A stretch of DNA of 64,000 nucleotides from Burkholderiales bacterium (GCA_050246035.1 JBFWWT010000002.1:38980-102979), one strand, 5' to 3'. Positions 19,401 to 29,884 are shown, counted from the stretch's first letter. Numbers and translations: made by a program. The notes: generated by a model from the sequence alone, not told the origin.

Positions 19401-20374
19401 TCGCCTACATCATCCGCCGGACGCTGTACGCGATACCGATCCTGATCGGGATCAACCTCGTCACCTTCGCGCTGTTCTTCCTGGTGAATACGCCCGACGA
19501 CATGGCGCGCATGCAGCTCGGGGTGAAGCGCGTCACGCCCGAGGCGATCGAGAAGTGGAAGGCCGAGCGCGGCTACGACAAGCCGCTATTCTGGAACGGC
19601 GCCGCCGACGGCGCGAAAAAGGCGACCGACACCATCTTCTTCGAGAAGTCCGTCAGGCTCTTCGCTTTCGACTTCGGGCGCGCCGAGGACAACCGCGACA
19701 TCGCGAACGAGATCCGCACGCGCATGGGCCCGAGCCTCGCGCTCGCCATCCCCGTGTTCCTCGTCGGGCTCGCCGTGAACGTCACCTTCGCGCTCGGCAT
19801 GGCGTTCTTCCGCGCCACCTACCTCGACTTCTGGGGCGTGATCCTGTGCGTGGCGATGATGTCCATCTCCTCGCTCTTCTACATCATCGGCGGCCAGTAC
19901 CTGATCTCCAAGCTCTGGCATCTCGTGCCGATCTCGGGCTACGCGGGCGGCGCGGACGCGGCGAAGTTCCTGATCCTGCCCGTGCTGATCGGCGTGATCG
20001 GCGGCATCGGGGCGGGCAGCCGCTGGTACCGCACCCTGTTCCTGGAGGAGATGGGCAAGGACTACGTGCGCACCGCGCGCGCGAAGGGTCTCGCCGAGGC
20101 GACGGTCATGTTCCGCCACGTTCTGAAGAACGCGATGATCCCGATCCTCACGGGCGTTGTGGTGGTGATCCCGCTGCTCTTCATGGGCAGCCTGATCACC
20201 GAGTCGTTCTTCGGCATCCCGGGGCTGGGGAGCTACACCATCGACGCGATCCAGGCCCAGGACTTCGCCGTCGTGCGCGCCATGGTGTTCATCGGCTCGG
20301 TGCTCTACATCGTGGGGCTGCTCCTCACCGACATTTCCTACACGCTGGTCGATCCGCGCGTGAGGCTGAGCTGA
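19397..20374 (+). CDS. ABC transporter permease (YejB/DppB-like)
   Basis: Start at [24 protein letters not shown]. Typical peptide-permease N-terminus and EAA-loop region. ATGA overlap with the SBP gene. Confidence 0.85.
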   Translation: MIAYIIRRTLYAIPILIGINLVTFALFFLVNTPDDMARMQLGVKRVTPEAIEKWKAERGYDKPLFWNGAADGAKKATDTIFFEKSVRLFAFDFGRAEDNRDIANEIRTRMGPSLALAIPVFLVGLAVNVTFALGMAFFRATYLDFWGVILCVAMMSISSLFYIIGGQYLISKLWHLVPISGYAGGADAAKFLILPVLIGVIGGIGAGSRWYRTLFLEEMGKDYVRTARAKGLAEATVMFRHVLKNAMIPILTGVVVVIPLLFMGSLITESFFGIPGLGSYTIDAIQAQDFAVVRAMVFIGSVLYIVGLLLTDISYTLVDPRVRLS

Positions 20375-21726
20375 TGCCGGTCGTCCTGCCCACCGACGCG
20401 CTCATCTGGCTGCTGGTGGCCGCGGTGGCGGCGTTCGCGGGGTACAGCAGCCGGCGCCCGCACCTCGCCGCGCCCTGGGCGCGGGTGTTTCGCAGCCGCG
20501 CTGCGGTCGCCTCCGCGGTGGTGCTCGCGTTCTTCGTGCTCGTCGGGCTGCTCGATTCGCTGCACTACCGTCCGGCGCTGCCGTCGAAGGACCCGGCCAC
20601 GCCGGTCGCCTACTCGGTGGAGGTGCGCTCGGCGCTCGACGCGCTGCTCGCGCCGCTGCGCACGCGCATCGAGAAGACCTACTCGGCGCCGCTCGCGACG
20701 CGGCTGTTCCAGAAGGAGACCGTGGAGCGGTCCGACGGCACCACGGCGCGCGAGTTCCCGCGCCTCGCGCACGGCGGCGCGCACCTCGAGGACGAGGCGG
20801 ACTGGGCGGGGGACGTCGCGTGGCGCGCGCTCGCCGGGCTCGCGCTCGCCGCGGCCCTGTGGTGGCTCGCGGTGCTCGCAGGGCGGCGCACGCTCGCGCG
20901 GCGCTGGCCCGAGGTGCCCTGGAGCGCCGCCGCCGCCGCCATCGGCGGCATCCTCGTCGTCGCCGGCCCCGCAGTCGCGCTGGCCACCGGCTACCACGTG
21001 CTCGGCACCAACCAGGTGGGCAGCGACGTGCTCTACCAGGCGCTGAAGAGCATTCGCACGAGCCTCGTCATCGGCACGCTCACCACGCTCGTGCTGCTGC
21101 CGCTCGGCATCGTCGCGGGCATCGCGGCGGGCTACTTCAAGGGCTGGGTGGACGATCTCATCCAGTACCTCTACACGACGCTCAACTCGATTCCGGGCGT
21201 GCTGCTCATCGCCGCCTCCGTCCTCATGGTGCAGGTGTACGTGGACACGCATCCCGACCTCTTTCCGACCTCGGCGCAGCGCGCGGATTTCCGGCTGCTC
21301 GCCCTGTGCGCGATCCTCGGCGCCGTGGGCTGGACGGGGCTCGCGCGCCTGCTGCGCGGCGAGGCGCTCAAGCTCGCCGAGCTCGAGTACATCCAGGCCG
21401 CGCATGCGTTCGGCGTGTCGCACGCGAGGATCATCGGGCGGCACCTCCTGCCCAACGTCGCGCACATCGTGATCATCACCCTGGTGCTCGATTTCTCGGG
21501 CCTCGTGCTGGCGGAGGCCGTCCTCTCCTATGTGGGTGTCGGCGTCGACCCGTCCACGACGAGCTTCGGCACCATGATCAACGCCGCGCGCCTGGAGATG
21601 GCGCGCGAGCCGATGGTGTGGTGGTCGCTCGCCGCGGCGTTCTTCTTCATGTTCGCGCTGGTGCTGGCGGCGAACCTCTTCGCCGACGCGGTGCGTGACG
21701 GCTTCGACCCGCGGGTGCGCGTATGA
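20374..21726 (+). CDS. ABC transporter permease (YejE/DppC-like, long N-terminal extension)
   Basis: Start at MPVVLPTDALIWLLV, where the ATG shares its A with the upstream TGA. The C-terminal half is a typical DppC-type permease. Confidence 0.85.
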   Translation: MPVVLPTDALIWLLVAAVAAFAGYSSRRPHLAAPWARVFRSRAAVASAVVLAFFVLVGLLDSLHYRPALPSKDPATPVAYSVEVRSALDALLAPLRTRIEKTYSAPLATRLFQKETVERSDGTTAREFPRLAHGGAHLEDEADWAGDVAWRALAGLALAAALWWLAVLAGRRTLARRWPEVPWSAAAAAIGGILVVAGPAVALATGYHVLGTNQVGSDVLYQALKSIRTSLVIGTLTTLVLLPLGIVAGIAAGYFKGWVDDLIQYLYTTLNSIPGVLLIAASVLMVQVYVDTHPDLFPTSAQRADFRLLALCAILGAVGWTGLARLLRGEALKLAELEYIQAAHAFGVSHARIIGRHLLPNVAHIVIITLVLDFSGLVLAEAVLSYVGVGVDPSTTSFGTMINAARLEMAREPMVWWSLAAAFFFMFALVLAANLFADAVRDGFDPRVRV

Positions 21727-23537
21727 GCTCGGCGCTCGACGTCAGGGACCTGCGCACCGTGCTCGACACGCCCGAGGGTGTCCTGCGCGCCGTGGACGGC
21801 GTCGACCTCGAGATCCGTCCGGGCGAGTGCTTCGCGCTGGTGGGGGAGTCCGGCTGCGGCAAGTCCATGACCGCGCTCTCGGTGCTGCGCCTGCTGCCCG
21901 ATGCGGGCCGCATCGCCGGCGGCAGCGTACGCCTGGGCGAGGCGGACCTGCTCGCGCTCCCCGAGGCGGCGATGCGCGCCGTGCGCGGCCGGCGCGTGGC
22001 GATGATCTTCCAGGAGCCGGCCACCGCGCTCAACCCGGTGCTCACCGTGGGCCGCCAGGTGGCCGAGGTGATCGAGCGGCACACGGACCTGCGCGGCCGG
22101 GCGGTCCGCGAGCGCGTCCTCGAGCTGCTGCGGGCCGTGGGCATCCCGGAAGCCGAGCGGCGCATCGACGAGTACGCGTTCCAGCTTTCGGGCGGCCTGC
22201 GCCAGCGCGCCATGATCGCCGCCGCGCTGGCGGTGGACCCCGAGGTGCTGATCGCCGACGAGCCGACCACGGCGCTCGACGTCACCATCCAGGCGCAGAT
22301 CCTCGATCTGCTGGCGAAGCTGCAGCGCGAGCGCGGCATGGGGTTGCTGCTCATCACGCACGACCTGGGCATCGTCGCGAAGATGGCCGACCGGGTGGCG
22401 GTCATGTATGCGGGCGAGATCGTGGAGGTGGCGCCGCGCGAGGCGTTCGTCCGCGCCCCGCAGCATCCGTATTCGCAGAAGCTCTTCGCGGCTCTGCCGA
22501 GCGCCACGCAGCGCGCGGGGCCGCTCGCGCAGATTCCGGGCCAGGTTCCGCCGCTCACGGTGACGTTCGCCGGATGCCGCTTCGCCGAGCGCTGCGAGCG
22601 CGTCTTCGAGCGCTGCCGGCGGGACGTGCCGGCGCTCATCGCCCTGGAAGACAGTCACCGCGTGCGCTGCCATCTGCGCGAGACCGAGCGCGCCGCGCCG
22701 CGTGCCGCGGCGCGCGGGGCGCCCGTGGCGCGCGCGCCGGCGGTAGCCCGCACGCTGCTCGAGGTGAAGGATCTCAAGGTGCATTTCCCGATCCGGCGCG
22801 GCCTCCTGCGCCGCCCGGTGGGCCACGTGAAGGCCGTGGACGGCGTTTCGCTCGAGGTGGGCGAGGGGCGCACGCTCGCCCTGGTGGGCGAGTCGGGCTC
22901 CGGGAAGACCACCGTCGGCAAGAGCATCCTGCAGCTCATCCCGCCGAGCGCGGGCAGCGTGCGCTACGCGGGCGAGGAGCTCACGGGCCTTTCGCGCGCC
23001 GCGCTCAAGCGCCACCGCGCCGCGATGCAGATCGTGTTCCAGGACCCCTACGCCTCGCTCAACCCGCGCATGCGCGTCGCCGACATCCTGCTGGAGGGGA
23101 TGAGGAGCCTCGGCGTCGGCGCGGACGAGGCCGATCGCGGCCGGCGCATCGACGGCCTGCTCGATCAGGTCGGATTGCCGGCGGGCGCGAAGAGCCGCTA
23201 CCCGCACGAGTTCTCGGGCGGGCAGCGCCAGCGGATCGCCATCGCGCGCGCGCTCGCCGTGGAGCCCAGGCTCATCGTGTGCGACGAGCCGACGAGCGCC
23301 CTCGACGTCTCCGTGCAGGCGCAGATCCTCAACCTGCTGCGCGGGCTGCAGGAGCGGCTCGGCATCGCCTACCTCTTCATCACGCACAACCTCGCGGTGG
23401 TCGAGTACCTCGCGCACGAGGTCGCGGTGATGAGCGCGGGGCGCATCGTGGAGCAGGGGCCGGCGGGGGAAGTGCTGGGCGCGCCGCGTCACCCCTACAC
23501 GCGGCAGCTGCTCGCGGCGGTGCCGCGGGTGGACTAG
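21723..23537 (+). CDS. ABC transporter ATP-binding protein with two fused ATPase domains (YejF-like)
   Basis: 604 aa. Two Walker A motifs (GESGCGKS, GESGSGKTT) and two signature motifs (LSGGLRQR, FSGGQRQR). Confidence 0.9.
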   Translation: MSSALDVRDLRTVLDTPEGVLRAVDGVDLEIRPGECFALVGESGCGKSMTALSVLRLLPDAGRIAGGSVRLGEADLLALPEAAMRAVRGRRVAMIFQEPATALNPVLTVGRQVAEVIERHTDLRGRAVRERVLELLRAVGIPEAERRIDEYAFQLSGGLRQRAMIAAALAVDPEVLIADEPTTALDVTIQAQILDLLAKLQRERGMGLLLITHDLGIVAKMADRVAVMYAGEIVEVAPREAFVRAPQHPYSQKLFAALPSATQRAGPLAQIPGQVPPLTVTFAGCRFAERCERVFERCRRDVPALIALEDSHRVRCHLRETERAAPRAAARGAPVARAPAVARTLLEVKDLKVHFPIRRGLLRRPVGHVKAVDGVSLEVGEGRTLALVGESGSGKTTVGKSILQLIPPSAGSVRYAGEELTGLSRAALKRHRAAMQIVFQDPYASLNPRMRVADILLEGMRSLGVGADEADRGRRIDGLLDQVGLPAGAKSRYPHEFSGGQRQRIAIARALAVEPRLIVCDEPTSALDVSVQAQILNLLRGLQERLGIAYLFITHNLAVVEYLAHEVAVMSAGRIVEQGPAGEVLGAPRHPYTRQLLAAVPRVD

Positions 23538-24985
23538 AAGATGGTGAGGCGCTGGCCCGGCCGGATGTGCGTGCGGATCCGGTTCCAGCGCTGCAGGTCC
23601 TTCACCGACACGCCGTAGCGGCGCGAGATGCTCCACGGCGTCTCGCCGCGGCGCACGACGTGCACGCGCCCGCCGGCCGGGAACGGCGGCGCGTACATCA
23701 GCGGCAGGCTCGCGAGCGCTTCGGCGCCGTCCTCGATGGGCACGACGAGGACCTTGGGCATCTTCCGGGACAGCGGGTGGATGCCGTTCACCTTCTTCAG
23801 CTGCTCGAGCGTCAAGCCGTGCTTCCTGGCGATGGCCGCGAGGGAGTCGCCGCGCTTCGGCTGGTAGGTCTTCCAGGACACGAGCGCGTCGTCCTCGAGC
23901 TGGCGCAGGTTGTCGCGGAACACCTCCACCCGGTCTGCGGGCAGGATGATGCGCGGCGCCACGTCGGAGCGGATCACCGGCCGGCTGAAGCCGGGGTTGA
24001 GCGCGATGAACTCCTCGACCGGCATCTCGGCGAGATCGGCGGCGAGCTTCACGTCGATGTCGCGCGTTTTCTCCACGGCGACGAAGTACGGCTCGTTCGG
24101 GATCGGCGCGAGCGCGATGCCGTAGGCGGAGGGATTGGCGATCAGGTTCTTCAGCGCCTGCAGCTTGGGCACGTAGCCGCGCGTCTCGCGCGGCATGCGC
24201 AGCGACATCAGGTCGGTCGGCTTGCCCGCCTTGCGGTTCTTCGCGATGGCGCGCGCGACGTTGTTCTCGCCCCAGTTGTAGGAGGCGAGCGCGAGGTGCC
24301 AGTCGCCGTGCATCTCGTAGAGGTCCTGCAGGTAGTCGAGCGCCGCGTTCGTCGAGGCGACCACGTCGCGCCGGCCGTCGTACCACCAGTTCTGCGTCAG
24401 CTCGTAGCGCTTGCCGGTGCCGGGAATGAACTGCCACAGCCCCGCCGCATGCGCGCGCGAGTAGGCCATCGGATTGAACGCGCTCTCGAACATCGGCACC
24501 AGGGCGAGCTCGGTGGGCAGGTGGCGCTTCTCGAGCTCCTCGACGATGTGGAACAGATAGCGCCGGCTGCGCTCGAAGACGCGCTGCAGGTACTCCTGGT
24601 TGGCGACGTACCAGCGCGTGCGCTCCTCGACGAGCGGCGAGCGCAGGTCGGGCATGGCGAAGCCGCGGCGCAGGCGCTGCCACAGATCGTCCATGGGCGC
24701 GGTGCGATCGAGCGTGGCCACCGGCTGGGGCACCTCCAGCGCCTCGCGCGCGCCCTCGAAGGGCGGCAGGCGCGTGGCGTCGAGCAGCTTCACGACGGGC
24801 AGCGGCGCGGGCGTGGCGGGCTCGGTCGCCGGCGGGATCGTCACGGCGAGGGGCGCGGCGGCCGCGGGCGCGGGCGCCGCGAGCGGCGGTTCGACTGCGG
24901 GCTCCTGCGACAGCGATGCGCAACCCGCGGCGAGCAGCGACACGGCTGCGAAAGCACTTGCAAAAACCGGCCTAAGTCCCTGCAT
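23534..24985 (-). CDS. mltD: Membrane-bound lytic murein transglycosylase D-like lipoprotein with LysM repeats
   Basis: Lipobox LLAAGC, an SLT domain (ESAFNPMAYSRAHAAGLWQFIPGTG) and C-terminal LysM repeats. Sits in the conserved position next to gloB. Confidence 0.85.
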   Translation of the reverse strand: MQGLRPVFASAFAAVSLLAAGCASLSQEPAVEPPLAAPAPAAAAPLAVTIPPATEPATPAPLPVVKLLDATRLPPFEGAREALEVPQPVATLDRTAPMDDLWQRLRRGFAMPDLRSPLVEERTRWYVANQEYLQRVFERSRRYLFHIVEELEKRHLPTELALVPMFESAFNPMAYSRAHAAGLWQFIPGTGKRYELTQNWWYDGRRDVVASTNAALDYLQDLYEMHGDWHLALASYNWGENNVARAIAKNRKAGKPTDLMSLRMPRETRGYVPKLQALKNLIANPSAYGIALAPIPNEPYFVAVEKTRDIDVKLAADLAEMPVEEFIALNPGFSRPVIRSDVAPRIILPADRVEVFRDNLRQLEDDALVSWKTYQPKRGDSLAAIARKHGLTLEQLKKVNGIHPLSRKMPKVLVVPIEDGAEALASLPLMYAPPFPAGGRVHVVRRGETPWSISRRYGVSVKDLQRWNRIRTHIRPGQRLTIF

Positions 24986-25004
24986 GGGCGCCGATACTAC
25001 CGGC

Positions 25005-25769
25005 TCAGCCGCGGTTTTTCCACTCCCGGATGGCGGCGAAGACCCGAACGGGGTCCGAAATGCGCGCGCCGAGGTACTTGTTGGCAGACTCGACCACCGC
25101 CGGCTCGGCCCAGCGCAGGAACGGATTGGTGGCGCGCTCCTCCGCGAGCGTCGAGGGCAGGGTGGGCTTGCCCGCCTCGCGCAGCTTGCGGTCGCGCTCG
25201 AGCCGCGCGGCGAGCGCGCGATTGGCGGGCTCGACCTGCTGCGCGAACGCGATGTTGGCGAGCGTGTACTCGTGCCCGCAATAGACCTTCGTGTCGTCCG
25301 GCAGCGCGGCGAGCTTCGCGAGCGAGGCCATCATCTGCTCGGGCGTGCCCTCGAACAGGCGCCCGCAGCCGCAGGCGAAGAGCGTGTCGCCGCAGAACAG
25401 GCTGCCTGCGCCATAATAGGCCACATGCGCTCGCGTATGCCCGGGGATGTCGAGCACCGAGAGCGCGAGGCCGAGCGCCGGGATCTCCACGGTGTCGCCC
25501 TCGGCGACCGGGTGCGTGAGCGTGGCGATCGGCTCGCCCTTCGGCCCGTACACCGGCACGCGGTGCTCGCGCAGCAGCTCCGGGATGCCGCCGACGTGAT
25601 CGGGATGGTGGTGCGTGGCGAGGACGGCGCACAGCGCGAGCTTCTCGCGCGCGAGGTACTCGAGCACCGGGCGCGCCTCGCCCGGGTCCACGACCGCGGC
25701 GTCGCGCCCCTTGCGCAGCGTCCAGATGTAGTTGTCCTTGAAAGCCGGTAGCGGGACGATTTCGAGCAT
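25005..25769 (-). CDS. gloB: Hydroxyacylglutathione hydrolase (glyoxalase II)
   Basis: Start at [16 protein letters not shown]. Metallo-beta-lactamase motif THHHPDH. C-terminal glyoxalase II region. Confidence 0.9.
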   Translation of the reverse strand: MLEIVPLPAFKDNYIWTLRKGRDAAVVDPGEARPVLEYLAREKLALCAVLATHHHPDHVGGIPELLREHRVPVYGPKGEPIATLTHPVAEGDTVEIPALGLALSVLDIPGHTRAHVAYYGAGSLFCGDTLFACGCGRLFEGTPEQMMASLAKLAALPDDTKVYCGHEYTLANIAFAQQVEPANRALAARLERDRKLREAGKPTLPSTLAEERATNPFLRWAEPAVVESANKYLGARISDPVRVFAAIREWKNRG

Positions 25770-26550
25770 GGATCGACAGTCCTTCGTATCCGAGGCCGCG
25801 GCCAAGTATAACGGCGAGCGCGCCTCGTTCTCCGAGTGGTGCGGCACGCCGCTCGGGCGCTACGTGCTCGACTGGGAGCTCGGCCAGTACGCGAGCGCCG
25901 TCGAGGACGTGTTCGGCTTCCGTGCCGTGCAGGTGGGGCTGCCCGAGCTCGATTTCCTGCGCGAGAACCGCATTCCGTACCGCTTCACGGTGGCGCTCGA
26001 GCCGGGCGCGGCGCTCGCCGCGGACCCGTTGCAGCTGCCGCTCGCCTCGCAGAGCATGGATCTCGTCGTGCTGCCGCACGCGCTGGAGTCGCACCTCGAC
26101 GCGCACAGCGTGCTGCGCGAGGCCGAGCGCGTGCTGCGGCCGGAGGGGCAGGTGGTGATCTCGGGCTTCAACAACGCCTCGCTCTGGGGCCTGCGGCGCT
26201 GGTTCTCCGGTCGCCGCGCGGGCTCGCCCTGGGACGCGCGCTTCATCGGGCTGCTGCGCCTGAAGGACTGGCTGCAGTTGCTGTCCTTCGACCTGAACGG
26301 CGGTCGCTTCGGCTGCTACGCGCCGCCGTTCGAGCGCGCGCGCTGGCGGGAGCGCTTCGCCTTCATGGAGCACGCGGGCGCGCGCTGGTGGCCGATCCTC
26401 GGCGGGGTGTACGTCGTGCGCGCGGTGAAGCGCGTGCACGGCATGCGGCTCATCACCCCGGCGTGGCGCCGGGAGCGCGCGCGGCGGCGCGCGGTGGCGG
26501 CGATGCCGCAGAAGAACGGCCACGTGGCGCAGCGGCGGCATGACGACTGA
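25768..26550 (+). CDS. Class I methyltransferase-fold protein (YafS-like, conserved gloB/rnhA neighbour)
   Basis: Start at MDRQSFVSE (a TTG at 25732 is an alternative). Collinear with E. coli YafS-type proteins (W..L..G......FGF..VQ.G, VISGFN). Confidence 0.7.
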   Translation: MDRQSFVSEAAAKYNGERASFSEWCGTPLGRYVLDWELGQYASAVEDVFGFRAVQVGLPELDFLRENRIPYRFTVALEPGAALAADPLQLPLASQSMDLVVLPHALESHLDAHSVLREAERVLRPEGQVVISGFNNASLWGLRRWFSGRRAGSPWDARFIGLLRLKDWLQLLSFDLNGGRFGCYAPPFERARWRERFAFMEHAGARWWPILGGVYVVRAVKRVHGMRLITPAWRRERARRRAVAAMPQKNGHVAQRRHDD

Positions 26551-26983
26551 GGTGGTGACCGCCTATGCCGACGGCGCCTGCAAGGGCAATCCCGGGCCCG
26601 GCGGCTGGGGGGTGCTCCTCGTGCAGGGCGGGCGCGAGCGCGAGCTCCACGGCGGGGAGCCTTCGACCACGAACAACCGCATGGAGCTCACCGCGGTGAT
26701 CCGCGCGCTCGAGGCGGCGCAGGCCGGCGCCAAGGTAGTCGTGTACACGGACTCCCAGTACGTGCAGAAGGGCATCACGCAGTGGATCCACGACTGGAAG
26801 CGCCGCGGCTGGCGCACCGCGGAGAAAAAGCCCGTCAAGAACCAGGACCTGTGGACGCGCCTGGACGCGCTCGCGCACGAGCGCCTGATCGAGTGGCACT
26901 GGGTGCGCGGCCACGCGGGGCACGACGGCAACGAGCGCGCCGACGCGCTCGCCAACAAGGGGGTGGACAGTGTCCGCCGCTAG
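26540..26983 (+). CDS. rnhA: Ribonuclease HI
   Basis: 147 aa. Motifs [28 protein letters not shown] and [15 protein letters not shown]. Confidence 0.95.
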   Translation: MTTEVVTAYADGACKGNPGPGGWGVLLVQGGRERELHGGEPSTTNNRMELTAVIRALEAAQAGAKVVVYTDSQYVQKGITQWIHDWKRRGWRTAEKKPVKNQDLWTRLDALAHERLIEWHWVRGHAGHDGNERADALANKGVDSVRR

Positions 26984-27668
26984 GCTCGTGGTGCTCGACA
27001 CCGAGACGACCGGCCTCGACGCGAAAGCCGGCGACCGCGTGATCGAGATCGGCTGCGTCGAGCTGCTCGGCCGGAGGCCGAGCGACAACCACTTTCACCG
27101 CTACGTCAACCCGGAGCGCGCCATCGACGAGGGCGCGCTCAAGGTGCACGGCCTGACCGGCGAGTTCCTCGCCGACAAGCCGCGCTTCGCCGAGGTTGCC
27201 GCCGGGTTCCTCGACTACGTGCGCGGCGCCGAGCTCGTCATCCACAACGCGGGCTTCGACGTCGAGTTCCTCGACGCCGAGCTCGGTCGCGCGGGCCTGG
27301 GCCGGCTGCGGGACCACGTCGCCGGCATCGTGGATTCGCTCGCGCTCGCGCGCGAGCTGCACCCGGGGCGGCGCAACTCGCTCGACGCGCTGTGCGAGCG
27401 TTACGCCGTGCAGAACGCGCACCGCACCCTGCACGGCGCGCTGCTCGACGCACGGCTGCTCGCCGAGGTGTACCTCGCGATGACGCGCGGCCAGGACAGC
27501 CTGGCGATGGATCTGGAGTCCCCGGCCGAGCAGGCCGCGGCCACCGCGGCCGTCGACGCCTCGAAGCTCGTCGTGCGCCGCGCGAGTCCCGAGGAGCTCG
27601 CGGCGCACGAAGCCTACCTCGACGGCATGGCGAAGGAGGCGGGGGGGAAGGTGGTTTGGCGCAGGTAA
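26970..27668 (+). CDS. dnaQ: DNA polymerase III epsilon subunit (3'-5' proofreading exonuclease)
   Basis: GTG start. Exo motifs [21 protein letters not shown] and [14 protein letters not shown]. Confidence 0.9.
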   Translation: MSAARLVVLDTETTGLDAKAGDRVIEIGCVELLGRRPSDNHFHRYVNPERAIDEGALKVHGLTGEFLADKPRFAEVAAGFLDYVRGAELVIHNAGFDVEFLDAELGRAGLGRLRDHVAGIVDSLALARELHPGRRNSLDALCERYAVQNAHRTLHGALLDARLLAEVYLAMTRGQDSLAMDLESPAEQAAATAAVDASKLVVRRASPEELAAHEAYLDGMAKEAGGKVVWRR

Positions 27669-27725
27669 TTGGGGACGGACCCCAATTAGCCTGCTGCATC
27701 GCTAATTGGGGTCCGTCCCCAATTA
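27666..27725. repeat. Double palindrome: two 23-nt hairpin units in inverted orientation separated by 14 nt
   Basis: TAATTGGGGACGGACCCCAATTA (27666-27688), then GCCTGCTGCATCGC, then TAATTGGGGTCCGTCCCCAATTA (27703-27725). The second unit is the exact reverse complement of the first. Each unit has a 9-bp stem and a 5-nt loop. Confidence 0.9.
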
Positions 27726-27729
27726 CCAG

Positions 27730-28824
<1,095 letters not shown>

Positions 28825-29160
28825 CTACATCCCCGCCTTCTTCGCGTGCTCGCGCATCTGCAGCCCGTGCACGAGCGAGGCGCCGCCGCGAATGGCGACC
28901 GCGACGTGCACGGCCTCGGTCATCTGCTCGAGGTCCGCGCCTTTCTCCTGGCAGTCGTGGCTGTAGGCGTCGATGCAGTAGGGGCATTGCACGGCGTGCG
29001 AGACGGCGAGCGCGATGAGGCTCTTTTCGCGCGCGGTGAGGGCGCCGTCGGCGAACACGGCGCCGTAGTAGTCGAAGAACTTCTTCCCCAGCTCCGGGCT
29101 CGACTCCGAGATCTTGCCGAAGTCGGCCAGGTGCTGCGGCTTGTAGTAGGCGTTGTCCAT
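28825..29160 (-). CDS. AhpD/carboxymuconolactone-decarboxylase-like 'peroxidase-like' partner of ArsS
   Basis: 111 aa with a CxxC motif in VQCPYCIDAY. Its stop abuts the ArsS start with no gap. This pairing is typical of the ArsS family context. Confidence 0.8.
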   Translation of the reverse strand: MDNAYYKPQHLADFGKISESSPELGKKFFDYYGAVFADGALTAREKSLIALAVSHAVQCPYCIDAYSHDCQEKGADLEQMTEAVHVAVAIRGGASLVHGLQMREHAKKAGM

Positions 29161-29214
29161 GACGGGTCCTCGGGCTTGGTCGCGGATGCGGGCGCGCAGC
29201 TTACAGCGGCGCGG

Positions 29215-29451
29215 CTAGAAGTAGCGCAGCACCAGGTAGGCGATGGCCGCGATGCAGGCGAGGATCCCGGGGACCGCGATCCAAGTGACCTGCTTCTGGC
29301 GCGCGAGCGCCGTGCGCTGCAGCGCGATCGATTCCTCCACCTGCGCGCGCGAGCGGGCGAGCAGCTCCTCGGCGAGCGCGCGCTGCGCGTGCAGCGTGTC
29401 GCGGATCTCGCGCAGGAGCTCGAGCTGCTCGCGCTGCGGTTCGTCGGCCAC
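29215..29451 (-). CDS. Hypothetical small protein: coiled-coil N-terminus plus C-terminal TM anchor (78 aa)
   Basis: GTG start. High GC3. Heptad-like REQLELLREIRDTLHAQRALAEELLARSRAQVEESIALQ, then the TM segment WIAVPGILACIAAIAYLVL. Begins 3 nt after the upstream stop. Confidence 0.5.
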   Translation of the reverse strand: MADEPQREQLELLREIRDTLHAQRALAEELLARSRAQVEESIALQRTALARQKQVTWIAVPGILACIAAIAYLVLRYF

Positions 29452-29454
29452 GGG

Positions 29455-29793
29455 CTAGCGGGCGAACACGGTGTAGAGCGCCGCGGCGAGCGCGACGACC
29501 GACACGCCGGTGGCGGCCAGGCACAGGAGGTAGGCGCGGCGCAGCCGCTGCTCGGCGAGCGCCGCGGCCTGGTGCAGCGCCGTCACCGTCTCCTGCAACT
29601 GGGCCGCGAGGGCCTTGAGGCTCTCCGCGTTCTGCGTGGCGGCGTTCTGCAGCTCGGCGATCTGCTGCTGCACGAGCTGCGCCTGGTTGGCGGCCTCGGC
29701 GCTCTTCTTGGTGAACACCGGCGCGGCGACGGTGATGATCGTGCCGACGTGGGGGAGGACGGCTTTCAGGGCGGGGACGAGCCAGGCGGGCAT
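29455..29793 (-). CDS. Hypothetical small membrane protein: TM, Q/A-rich coiled coil, TM (112 aa)
   Basis: High GC3. N-terminal hydrophobic LVPALKAVLPHVGTIITVAAPVF, central QLVQQQIAELQNAATQNAESLKALAAQLQETV, C-terminal TM LLCLAATGVSVVALAAALYTVF. Confidence 0.5.
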   Translation of the reverse strand: MPAWLVPALKAVLPHVGTIITVAAPVFTKKSAEAANQAQLVQQQIAELQNAATQNAESLKALAAQLQETVTALHQAAALAEQRLRRAYLLCLAATGVSVVALAAALYTVFAR

Positions 29794-29884
29794 GGGGTCT
29801 AGTCTGACAGATCGCCGGAGGCGAAACGAGTTCCCGTCGAGCTGCGGATCACGCGGCCCGGCTGCCGAGATAGCTGTCCATGCG

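Noticed and set aside
15540-20374. Very long ORFs in the track (15540..19193 minus, 1217 aa; 16658..20374 plus, 1238 aa) that could be read as giant proteins.
   Set aside because: Only their terminal portions match real families: the Bug/TctC protein from 16502 down, and the YejB-like permease from 19397 on. The remainder is Arg/Ala/Pro/Gly-rich low-complexity translation lying antisense or out of frame to fabI and the YejA-like gene. This is the usual stop-codon-poor artefact of GC-rich DNA.
21528-25519. ORFs 21528..24923 (minus, 1131 aa) and 21695..25519 (plus, 1274 aa) spanning the ABC ATPase, mltD and gloB genes.
   Set aside because: They have no recognisable domains and an extreme Arg/Ala/Gly/Pro composition. 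They overlap well-supported genes (the YejF-like gene with two Walker A motifs, MltD with SLT and LysM, GloB with THHHPDH) in other frames or on the other strand.
27666-27725. Reading the double palindrome as a pair of classical rho-independent terminators.
   Set aside because: Neither hairpin is followed by a U/T run on either strand (the downstream sequences are GCCTGC... and CCAGTT...). A canonical intrinsic terminator call is therefore not supported. It is kept as a structural repeat only.
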